The translations under genes were made by a program, and so were the position numbers. 64,000 nt of DNA from an uncultured virus (IMG/VR IMGVR_UViG_3300035210_000191) (taxonomy: Duplodnaviria > Heunggongvirae > Uroviricota > Caudoviricetes), in IMG/VR virus record IMGVR_UViG_3300035210_000191; one strand, written 5' to 3'. Below are positions 50,748 to 58,950 of this stretch, in pieces. Below the pieces are notes generated by a model. That model saw nothing but the letters and a program-made list of their open reading frames with translations, made no database searches and was not told the origin of the DNA. How positions within the stretch are numbered: the first letter of the stretch is position 1; each line of letters opens with the position of its first letter.

Positions 50748-51143
50748 TTGAGCGACTACGAAGAATTTGATAAGAGAGCAGTCTTAAATAATATTATGAT
50801 TGTTGACCAATTGTTTAAAGCTAATGGAGCCATCCATAAAATTTGCTTTGATATGCAACGTGATTATGAGACTAATCGTGAAGATGGCTATAATGGTTTT
50901 AGTTTTAGCCTAGATCCTGATATTTATAATTTTCATCTTTATGCAAATGATTTCACATTAAGTGTTGATCATAATAGTGTTTTTTGTTTTTATGGAGGAT
51001 TTGGTGTTCAATTTAAGCCATCACCGTCATCAACAATAGAGCAATTTAAACAGTTACTGCTTATTGTGATTAATATGAATTCAGAACAAAAATTTGATAA
51101 TATTGAGCAGTTCATTGACCTGCATAACATGATATACATCTAA
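50748..51143 (+). CDS. Short member (C-terminal half only) of the 50.7-56.9 kb paralog array
   Basis: NI.IVDQLF...G matches the second half of downstream paralogs; TTG start after AAGGA; ends LHNMIYI. Confidence 0.6.
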   Translation: MSDYEEFDKRAVLNNIMIVDQLFKANGAIHKICFDMQRDYETNREDGYNGFSFSLDPDIYNFHLYANDFTLSVDHNSVFCFYGGFGVQFKPSPSSTIEQFKQLLLIVINMNSEQKFDNIEQFIDLHNMIYI

Positions 51144-51160
51144 CGCATTAAGGTGATTAT

Positions 51161-51931
51161 ATGCTTTTAACAAATGCTTCACGTTTACTGGAAGTTTATT
51201 TTCACATTAGCGATTTGGCTAAATTTGAGATTGATACGACATTCGCCAGTGAATTACTCTCACCCAGCGAAAAACGTTTTTTAATGGACGCTGTTCGTGC
51301 ATTAGCAAACGACATATTATCAGTTTCAGAAGACTTTAAAACCAGTATTAATTTTTATATCCGTCAATCAGGTTGCTTGATTGAGATGGATTCTTCTTAT
51401 CCGTTTTTAATCCAATCATCTTTTAATTTTGAACTGTATGAACCTTTAATTAAACATAAGTCGCTTGATCAGTATGTGAACGATTTAATTTATCAAAATG
51501 ATAGATATCGAACCTATGGAAGTTATTTGACTCTTGTTGATTTTAGATCTTTCTTTGAAAATATTAGATTTATTGATAACTTATTTGAATTTGATGGCAA
51601 ATTTTATTCGTTTTATCAAGACATTGATTTTACATTAGGGGCACGAGAAGTTAAATTTGATTCTTTTAATTCTTTTGTACATTGTGGTGAAAACCCTCTG
51701 TTAAAAATTCAATTTGGGGATCTTCTGGTCACCATCTCACCTGATGAATTTTCTTTTGCTATTATGGGTGGTTCCGCTATTTTGACCATATCTAAGCAAA
51801 GCAGACGGAGTTATCAACAGAAAAAAGATAACTTAGCAACACTTATTATAGATATGTATAATATGGAGTTAATGACAGAAGCTGACACCATGAAAAATTT
51901 ATTACTATTGATTAGAATGAAGGCTATTTAG
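51161..51931 (+). CDS. Paralog-array protein (DD.L...SYPF domain), C-terminal MxxI motif
   Basis: LANDIL...DFKT...IEMDSSYPF; NIRFIDNLFEFDGK; ends LIRMKAI. Confidence 0.75.
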   Translation: MLLTNASRLLEVYFHISDLAKFEIDTTFASELLSPSEKRFLMDAVRALANDILSVSEDFKTSINFYIRQSGCLIEMDSSYPFLIQSSFNFELYEPLIKHKSLDQYVNDLIYQNDRYRTYGSYLTLVDFRSFFENIRFIDNLFEFDGKFYSFYQDIDFTLGAREVKFDSFNSFVHCGENPLLKIQFGDLLVTISPDEFSFAIMGGSAILTISKQSRRSYQQKKDNLATLIIDMYNMELMTEADTMKNLLLLIRMKAI

Positions 51932-51961
51932 TCTTCATTTTTTTGTTGCTTTATTCTAGGC

Positions 51962-52148
51962 AAAAAAAAACCTGTATCGCTACAAGTTTGTTTTATTTGA
52001 GGGAATTGACAAGGTTTAATCAGTTTAATATTTACAAGTTAAGTTAGAAGGAACCTTAATGCTAGCCTCGGTGAAATAGTTGGTATGGAAATCGAAATGG
52101 TGAATCTTAGAATGAGTTAGAAGGAACCAACTTCATAGCCTTACCGTT
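51962..52148 (-). ncRNA. Putative structured ncRNA locus B: two tandem hairpin units plus terminator
   Basis: Units 52082-52145 and 51999-52069 carry the same AGGCUA-N7-GGUUCCUUCUAA core. Terminator AAACUUGUA-GCGA-UACAGGUUU(U)n at 51962-51989. Confidence 0.7.
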
Positions 52149-52153
52149 TGTAT

Positions 52154-52182
52154 ATAGTATGATATTCGGACTAAAAAGTCAA
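52154..52182 (-). promoter_or_regulatory. Sigma70-type promoter for ncRNA locus B
   Basis: Minus strand TTGACT(52182-52177)-17 nt-TACTAT(52159-52154). Confidence 0.7.
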
Positions 52183-52244
52183 GCGTTTTTTTCTTGATTT
52201 AATGATTTTAAACTGTTAAAGTGTTTACATAATGGAGATGTTCG

Positions 52245-53087
52245 ATGTTTGATGAAAATCTGCCATATCAGTTAAAAACTGGTAGGCAATTAATAAAGTT
52301 GTCTGATTTAAAAAATGCTGAACTCATTGGTGTTCAGGATGAACACAATTTAAAAATTTCTCGTTTTTTAACGATTCTTGCTGATGATATTTTGTGTATG
52401 CGTGATGATGTGAAAACTTATGCTTTTATAGAAATTGTTGATGATGTATTTTCTATATGTCTAGACTATTCTTATCCTTTTTTGGAGTTTTTAAACAGCA
52501 CTCACCCTATTAAGATAAATAAATCATTAAATAGAGTTTATTTTCGTTTAAATCTAAATCTATCAATAGATTTAATCACTCCCACATTGTTGGCGATATT
52601 CCTTGATGAATTAAAAGCTGATGGTTGGTATAAGTTTAATGATGATGATGAGCGAGAGTCGGAAACTGGTTTGATGGAACAGTTTATTCACATCAATGCA
52701 TTGGATACTTTTTATGTATTTGATATCATCGATCAGTCATTGGGCTATGATGGAAAACTGTCCAAACTGGTTAAAAATAATATTTACTATGTAATGCCAT
52801 TCTCAGAAGAAGATGAGTTCTCAATGTTTGAATTTAGAAACTTTAATTCAAGTAATATTGAGTTGACACTCACTAACCATGATTTCTACATTAAAGTTAT
52901 CAATAACACAATTAGATTTGAATATTTATATGATTCGATGGAGTTTAATTTAAATAAAAAACATCCAGTTGCCTTTAATATTAAAAAATTTACTAAATTC
53001 TTTTTAAGTTTTTACAATATTCAACACGACACGGACCATGATGATTTACCACGCTGGATTAAACTTCAGGAAATGATAGCCATATAA
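52245..53087 (+). CDS. Paralog-array protein, C-terminal MxxI motif
   Basis: ILADDIL...SYPF; IIDQSLGYDGKL; ends LQEMIAI. Confidence 0.75.
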   Translation: MFDENLPYQLKTGRQLIKLSDLKNAELIGVQDEHNLKISRFLTILADDILCMRDDVKTYAFIEIVDDVFSICLDYSYPFLEFLNSTHPIKINKSLNRVYFRLNLNLSIDLITPTLLAIFLDELKADGWYKFNDDDERESETGLMEQFIHINALDTFYVFDIIDQSLGYDGKLSKLVKNNIYYVMPFSEEDEFSMFEFRNFNSSNIELTLTNHDFYIKVINNTIRFEYLYDSMEFNLNKKHPVAFNIKKFTKFFLSFYNIQHDTDHDDLPRWIKLQEMIAI

Positions 53088-53189
53088 CTTATATTATTTT
53101 TCCAATTAATTTTATGATTTCATTGAAAATGAAGTATATTTAATGGTTTTAATATGTTATAATAATCTATTATTTTAGAGGCTCTGCAC

Positions 53190-54029
53190 ATGGCTAAATC
53201 AAAAAAAGATGACGAACTTATTATTCTTTCCAATCATGATAACCATACTGTTATGTTAACCGACTTGCGTCGAGTAAACATTGAAGGAATCAGCAAGCAA
53301 AAAAATAATAGAATGTTAGCCTACTTTGACCTTCTTGTTGACGATCTTTTAATTTACAATGGCGATTTTGAGTTGGATGTCGAAATTTCGATGAGTGCTG
53401 ATGACATGTTTATGAGTGTCATGTTAGAGAAATCATATCCTTATTATGATGATTGTATTTTTCTTTGTTTTGATCTAAAAGAAAAAGCAAGTATTCAGAA
53501 TTTAGCAAGAGCACTTTCTAATCTTGACACTGATGATCGGGAACATTGGGATGACAAAGATGATATTGTGAAATACATTGACTGTAGTTTTGGTTATGAG
53601 CATGAATTGATGTTGAGTGATTATCCACCTATGTTTATTGAGTATGGTTGTGGGCTGATGCGTAATGTTCGCCTCGTTGATAAAGCACTCTATTTTGACA
53701 ATCAACTGGTTAAAACTTTTCGTAATAATAACATAACAACAAGTAATGATATACGCATTGATTCATCATCCTTTACATTCACGATGCAGGGAACAAAAGA
53801 ACCTGACATCTTTGTGAATTCCGCTTACCTTGATATTAGAATTGAAAATGATGGTGTGAAGTTTACGTTTGATAAGGATAATACATTTACTTTTACCACA
53901 ACGACTAATTTTGAACGTGATTTTAATATGTTACAGATGTTTATTAAAATGTTTATTGAAAAAAAGAAAGATCACGATATTCATGATTTGAAAAGTGAAC
54001 TTTTGTTGATTGAGATGGAAAATATTTGA
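53190..54029 (+). CDS. Paralog-array protein, C-terminal MxxI motif
   Basis: LLVDDLL...KSYPY; LVDKALYFDNQL; ends LIEMENI. Confidence 0.75.
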   Translation: MAKSKKDDELIILSNHDNHTVMLTDLRRVNIEGISKQKNNRMLAYFDLLVDDLLIYNGDFELDVEISMSADDMFMSVMLEKSYPYYDDCIFLCFDLKEKASIQNLARALSNLDTDDREHWDDKDDIVKYIDCSFGYEHELMLSDYPPMFIEYGCGLMRNVRLVDKALYFDNQLVKTFRNNNITTSNDIRIDSSSFTFTMQGTKEPDIFVNSAYLDIRIENDGVKFTFDKDNTFTFTTTTNFERDFNMLQMFIKMFIEKKKDHDIHDLKSELLLIEMENI

Positions 54030-54030
54030 T

Positions 54031-55086
54031 ATGAATAAATATAAATATTTACTTAATGCCGATAATTTTTACATGTGTTCCATGACAGACTTAAAAACAA
54101 CCACATTTAAAAAATTAAAAGATGAACATAAACGAACATTGTTAAATCGGTATTTAAGCCTGTTAGTTGATGATGCTTTATCTAATAATAAACCGGACTT
54201 CAAAATAGAAATTCGGATGGATATCAATGATGATATTGTCGATATAAGCATTGGAACCGCTTATCCGTTTATAGGACAATTTGATTTGTCTCAACCATTT
54301 AACAAGTCTTGTGTACTGGATTATTTGAATAATACTAATTTAGTACTGAGTGACAATGGGACAGAAGGTACCTTAAATGAATTTAGGAAAACGCAAGTAT
54401 TGTTTACTACTGCATCATTTAATAAAAAGCTATCTGAATATTTATCATTTATTGCAGATGATGTTTTCCCTTTTGTTGAAGATAATAAAATTTATTATAG
54501 TATTAAAGCTCATGAAACAAGTTTTGACTTGCTGTTGGGCCATGCTTATCCTTTTTTTGAGACAAATGTTCTTCGTTTTAAAATTGATTTGGAGCAAGAT
54601 TTCAATAGTCTTTTGATAGTTGAACAATTGAATGTTTATGCTCAAGAGCAATTAAAAGATCCAAAAACTAACTTTTTTGTTTTAATTAAAGATGGTTTAC
54701 AATTTTTAGAAACTATTAAGATTTTAGAAAATGTTTTAGGGTTTGGCAATCAATTAACAAGTCTTTACTATAATAATTCTATTTTAAAACCTATTAATGA
54801 AATTTCATTTCTTTCTATTGAGCATCAAAAACGTCAATTATCTTTAGAAATGGTGTCTAAGGGTGAACTTGCTCTAGATATTCATATTAGCCAATCTAAT
54901 CTTGCTTTTCTTTTTGGTAAAAGAGATGGCACATCTGAGAATTTTACATGGCTACGTACTGAATGTATGGATCATGATACATTAATGGTTCATCAATTTT
55001 TTATTATTTATCTTGAAAAATGGCTTGGGCATAAGATTACAGATTTAGCAAGGGAAATAAAATTACTTGAAATGGAGGCTATTTAA
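54031..55086 (+). CDS. Paralog-array protein with duplicated N-terminal domain, C-terminal MxxI motif
   Basis: Two YLS...DD...AYPF repeats; ends LLEMEAI. Confidence 0.75.
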   Translation: MNKYKYLLNADNFYMCSMTDLKTTTFKKLKDEHKRTLLNRYLSLLVDDALSNNKPDFKIEIRMDINDDIVDISIGTAYPFIGQFDLSQPFNKSCVLDYLNNTNLVLSDNGTEGTLNEFRKTQVLFTTASFNKKLSEYLSFIADDVFPFVEDNKIYYSIKAHETSFDLLLGHAYPFFETNVLRFKIDLEQDFNSLLIVEQLNVYAQEQLKDPKTNFFVLIKDGLQFLETIKILENVLGFGNQLTSLYYNNSILKPINEISFLSIEHQKRQLSLEMVSKGELALDIHISQSNLAFLFGKRDGTSENFTWLRTECMDHDTLMVHQFFIIYLEKWLGHKITDLAREIKLLEMEAI

Positions 55087-56114
55087 TGCCAGATAAGTAT
55101 ATTTTAAGTGGAGCTAAGGTTAATGGACTAATCTCAGAATTAAAAAATTTGAAATTTTGTGATGACATTAACAATTACAACGAAGCAATTCGAAGATATA
55201 TAAATCTTCTGGTGGATTCAGCTCTTTTACAGGTAAAAGATGTCAAAATTCAGTATTGTATTACGATTAATTTTAATATAATGACTATCCATTTATGTGA
55301 TAAATTCCCATTCATGGCAACTTTCGATCTTGACGCTCCATTCAATGAAAATAATGTATTAGAACATCTTAATAACGAAAATCTCGTAATGAATAATGCC
55401 CGATATTTATGTGATATAGATGAATTAAGATATCAAAAAGTTTTATTTGTTGGCACTGAGGACAATAAGAAAATATCAGCATATTTAAGTATGATTGTTG
55501 ATGACATATTGGTTTTTGGTGAACACTTTGAAACTGAGTTTAGTCTTAGCGTTAATAATAATATGTTTACTATTGAAATGACAAAATCATATCCCTTTGT
55601 TGGTTCTTATATTGAACTTAAGTTCGATTTAAACGAGCCAGTTGATATTAATAACATATCAAGTCAATTGGATGAACTTAGAAAACATCATATTTATCTT
55701 GAACGTGTTAATTATTATGTAAGCTTAGATGTTGGCAAAAAGTTTTTAAACCGTATTGATATTATTGAAAAAGCTCTGGGTTATGATGGCAGATTAAAGG
55801 ATGTTTATCTTAATCGTTCAATTTACAAGACGAAAGAAAAATTTTCTTTCTTTGATTTTGAAGTCAAAAATAGGAGTTTCTTAGAACTAACACTTCACTC
55901 ATCAGAAACAGACATGACTATTGAAATTGAGTCTAATTATATTTTCATTGGATTTAGTGATTATGATAGATTCTCTTGGACATTTACAGATGATGAGGCA
56001 TCTGATGTTTCTATTATTCGAAAAATGTTTATAATTTACCTTGAAAAGAAATTGGATAAAAAAATAGTAGACTTGAAAAGAGAAATACAACTAATTGAAA
56101 TGGAGCATATTTAA
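55086..56114 (+). CDS. Paralog-array protein with duplicated N-terminal domain, C-terminal MxxI motif
   Basis: Two repeats (LLVDSAL...KFPF; MIVDDIL...SYPF); TAATG coupling; ends LIEMEHI. Confidence 0.75.
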   Translation: MPDKYILSGAKVNGLISELKNLKFCDDINNYNEAIRRYINLLVDSALLQVKDVKIQYCITINFNIMTIHLCDKFPFMATFDLDAPFNENNVLEHLNNENLVMNNARYLCDIDELRYQKVLFVGTEDNKKISAYLSMIVDDILVFGEHFETEFSLSVNNNMFTIEMTKSYPFVGSYIELKFDLNEPVDINNISSQLDELRKHHIYLERVNYYVSLDVGKKFLNRIDIIEKALGYDGRLKDVYLNRSIYKTKEKFSFFDFEVKNRSFLELTLHSSETDMTIEIESNYIFIGFSDYDRFSWTFTDDEASDVSIIRKMFIIYLEKKLDKKIVDLKREIQLIEMEHI

Positions 56115-56875
56115 TGGTAGAAAATTCTAATAAAAAAATAGAAATTGAAAGTGCTCGAAGTTATGAGTTAAACCTTAGTGAGTTAAAATATATCTCCATT
56201 ATTAAAGGTAATCATACTTCTTTTGACCATTTGCAAATGATTCAATATATTAATATGATTGTTGATGATGTTATGGTTTATGGGGAGGATTTCAAAGTTA
56301 TATTTAATGTATCTATTACAGAGCATATACTTGATTTTGAATTTAAATCTCTTTATCCCTTCATTAACGGTCTAGTCATGTTTAGTATAGATCTTCGGGA
56401 AGATGTTAATTTTCAACGTATTGCTAGAACACTGGATCATCTGATTGATATTAATATCAGGCATGGTCAGCGGATTAATTATACAGATCTAAGTCATCAT
56501 ACGATGTTTAGTAACATTAATATCGTTGATCAAGCCTTATTTTATGAGGGTAAATTAAAAGAAGTGTTTTCTAAGCGTTCACTTTTTGAAGAAAGTGTTA
56601 AATTTTCCTTCTTTGACTTAAATTTTTTGAATAATGGGGCGACGAGAATTCAACTTCTTTCTCTCAGTGCTGGTGTATCTATTTGGATTGATATTAATAA
56701 GGTTTCATTTAGCTTTGATAGCAAAGATTCATCTATTTGGTGTTTTACTGATGATGCTTCATTTGATATGTTATCAATACGTCAATTATTTGTACTCTAC
56801 CTTGGCAAAAAATTGAATAAACCCATTATAGACGTTCGAAGAGAAATCCAATTGATTGAAATGCAAACTATTTAG
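56114..56875 (+). CDS. Paralog-array protein, C-terminal MxxI motif
   Basis: MIVDDVM...LYPF; IVDQALFYEGKL; ends LIEMQTI; bidirectional terminator at 56884-56907. Confidence 0.75.
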   Translation: MVENSNKKIEIESARSYELNLSELKYISIIKGNHTSFDHLQMIQYINMIVDDVMVYGEDFKVIFNVSITEHILDFEFKSLYPFINGLVMFSIDLREDVNFQRIARTLDHLIDINIRHGQRINYTDLSHHTMFSNINIVDQALFYEGKLKEVFSKRSLFEESVKFSFFDLNFLNNGATRIQLLSLSAGVSIWIDINKVSFSFDSKDSSIWCFTDDASFDMLSIRQLFVLYLGKKLNKPIIDVRREIQLIEMQTI

Positions 56876-56905
56876 TAGACAACAAAAAAGTCCCGAAGGA
56901 CTTTT

Positions 56906-58180
56906 TTATTGTTTATTTTTTAATCTAATATTATCAATGTTATGATCAGTAAAGTATTTCTCTTGTATTTTTTTACTAACAATTAAATTTAATACTTTTT
57001 GAATTTTAACCGATCTATCAAAGCCGTAAGCACTTTTCACTCGACCTAATTCTAAAACCGCTAATACGCCAGTGCTATTGCCAAAAATAGCTTCTATACT
57101 GCCATTAACATAATTATGCACCCAAATATCTTTAAGCCCCTTGGATTCAAGGTGAATAACCACTTCTTTGATTTTTTTATGATGTTCATTAACTACAAAT
57201 TCATATTTATCAAGTTTTTCTTTGATTTCATGATTTTTAGGTTCTTGTTTAATAGCATATTGCACACCGTTGTAAGGCAGTGCATACATGTTTTTTGTAA
57301 GATCACATTTACCATTCAGATCGACTAGTTTAGCTCCAAATTCTTTATAGTGAATATTTAGTTCATCCATTGTTAATCCATCATTTAAAAAATAATCAAT
57401 TTTATATAGTAAGAACATTACTTCATTAAGTCTACCTTTGTATTCGTCAACGGCATTACTTAAATAAGCACTCACCAGTGTACGTTCTTTTTTAGCTAGT
57501 TTTTTCAAATTAGAAGTATAAGCTAAAACCTCATCAGATGTTGTTGCTTTTTTTAATTTATGTTCTTTCATGAAACTTTCTTCAGTTCTGGTAAAGGAAA
57601 ATTCATGTTCCATTGGAATAAATGGGTCAGATTTCGATGTAGATTCTTTGAATAGTTTATTCGATGTGGGCACTTCAAAAAAACGAACATCAACAATATC
57701 AAGTGTTTTCGAGGTGTCTTTTAAGTTTGAGTAGTAACTCGTAAAAGCACTGGATGTTTTTTCCATTGAATGAGATTCTCCAGCCGCTTGATAAATACTC
57801 TTTAAATTCGCAGCAAATTCTTTCGCTCTCTCTACTAACTCATTAACAACTTTTAAAGGTGGATTTTCATCAAAGAAAAAAACTATAGAATTATAGCTCG
57901 TATGACAGCGATATAAGAAATCCGTTGGTAATTCTGCATAAGGTCTTTGAAAAATATCAGAATAGGTAAATCTCGTGACATCATCATACCGCACCATTTT
58001 TTCAACAAAATGTTTATCAAGCCATCCTTGATGTTTAACTTTACCATGAGCCTGCTTTGCAAATGCATAACCCCTATAAGAATCAATAACCTTTCCGGTT
58101 ACATAAGCCGACATTTCACGATGAAAGTTACCTGTGTATTGGGTCGTATCAATGGCTAATGCATAATGTTTTTCTTTCAT
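56906..58180 (-). CDS. Hypothetical protein
   Basis: 424-aa ORF with GAGG SD; N-terminal IDTTQYTGNFHREMSAYVTG segment; no family confidently assigned. Confidence 0.7.
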   Translation of the reverse strand: MKEKHYALAIDTTQYTGNFHREMSAYVTGKVIDSYRGYAFAKQAHGKVKHQGWLDKHFVEKMVRYDDVTRFTYSDIFQRPYAELPTDFLYRCHTSYNSIVFFFDENPPLKVVNELVERAKEFAANLKSIYQAAGESHSMEKTSSAFTSYYSNLKDTSKTLDIVDVRFFEVPTSNKLFKESTSKSDPFIPMEHEFSFTRTEESFMKEHKLKKATTSDEVLAYTSNLKKLAKKERTLVSAYLSNAVDEYKGRLNEVMFLLYKIDYFLNDGLTMDELNIHYKEFGAKLVDLNGKCDLTKNMYALPYNGVQYAIKQEPKNHEIKEKLDKYEFVVNEHHKKIKEVVIHLESKGLKDIWVHNYVNGSIEAIFGNSTGVLAVLELGRVKSAYGFDRSVKIQKVLNLIVSKKIQEKYFTDHNIDNIRLKNKQ

Positions 58181-58265
58181 GTTATGGCCTCTTAATTATC
58201 ATGAGACTTTATCATATTGTAATGTTTTTATCAATGATTTTTTCATTAAGATAATAAAAAACCCC

Positions 58266-58910
58266 TTAGTTGGGGTTTTCTTTTTGCGTATTTTTTGCTA
58301 CTGCTCGCCTAACAGGAGCCTTCCTTAGTGGTTTGATAACCAGATTATCTTTGGCTTCTTTTTCTTGTGATTCTATAATTGATTTAATCTTCATTAAATT
58401 CAATTTAGGCTTATTGATGTCAGCCATAGGACAATGAGGAAACTCTTCTGAATGATCAGGATTCTTGTCTTCTGGTAACAATTGTTTTAGTTTCTTCTCT
58501 TTGATTTTCTTAATCTTGTTAGTTTCAACTAATGAAATCAGATTACCATTAATATCATCAGCTATAATACCAATGGAATCTTTGTCCATAATGAGGCATC
58601 TTACCTTCCATTCGTTCTCACTCATCTTATCAAATATCTTGGATGGTTCAGTTAGCGATATTTTAATTTTGATGGCACCATCATTGGTATCGCTCTCATA
58701 ATAAAAGCCTCTGAGTATAAAAGATTTTTCTTTGTCTTTTACTTTCTCTATTTTTGTACCATGAAAAGAATATTCAAAGTTATGGGGTAACTTGATTTTA
58801 ACAATGTCATCCAGTTTTGAAAGATCTTTTTCTTTCTTGAAAAATGCTGCAACACCTCGGCCATTATTCTTTTTTATCAAGTTTAGTAGTTTTTTAATTT
58901 TTGTCTTCAT
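58266..58910 (-). CDS. Basic hypothetical protein
   Basis: AGGTG SD; Lys-rich 214-aa ORF. Confidence 0.65.
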   Translation of the reverse strand: MKTKIKKLLNLIKKNNGRGVAAFFKKEKDLSKLDDIVKIKLPHNFEYSFHGTKIEKVKDKEKSFILRGFYYESDTNDGAIKIKISLTEPSKIFDKMSENEWKVRCLIMDKDSIGIIADDINGNLISLVETNKIKKIKEKKLKQLLPEDKNPDHSEEFPHCPMADINKPKLNLMKIKSIIESQEKEAKDNLVIKPLRKAPVRRAVAKNTQKENPN

Positions 58911-58950
58911 AATTCACCTGTCGTATAATTTATTTGTTTATAAAAAAAAC

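Noticed and set aside
50495..52145. The four TTAGAAGGAACC-N7-TAGCCT repeats as a CRISPR array
   Set aside because: Only two units per locus, the conserved part is interrupted by variable positions that pair within each unit, and no cas genes are in the window. A structured RNA explains it better.
50495..52145. The same units as tRNA genes
   Set aside because: No cloverleaf, no T-arm GTTCRA and no D-arm; only anticodon-loop-like heptamers.
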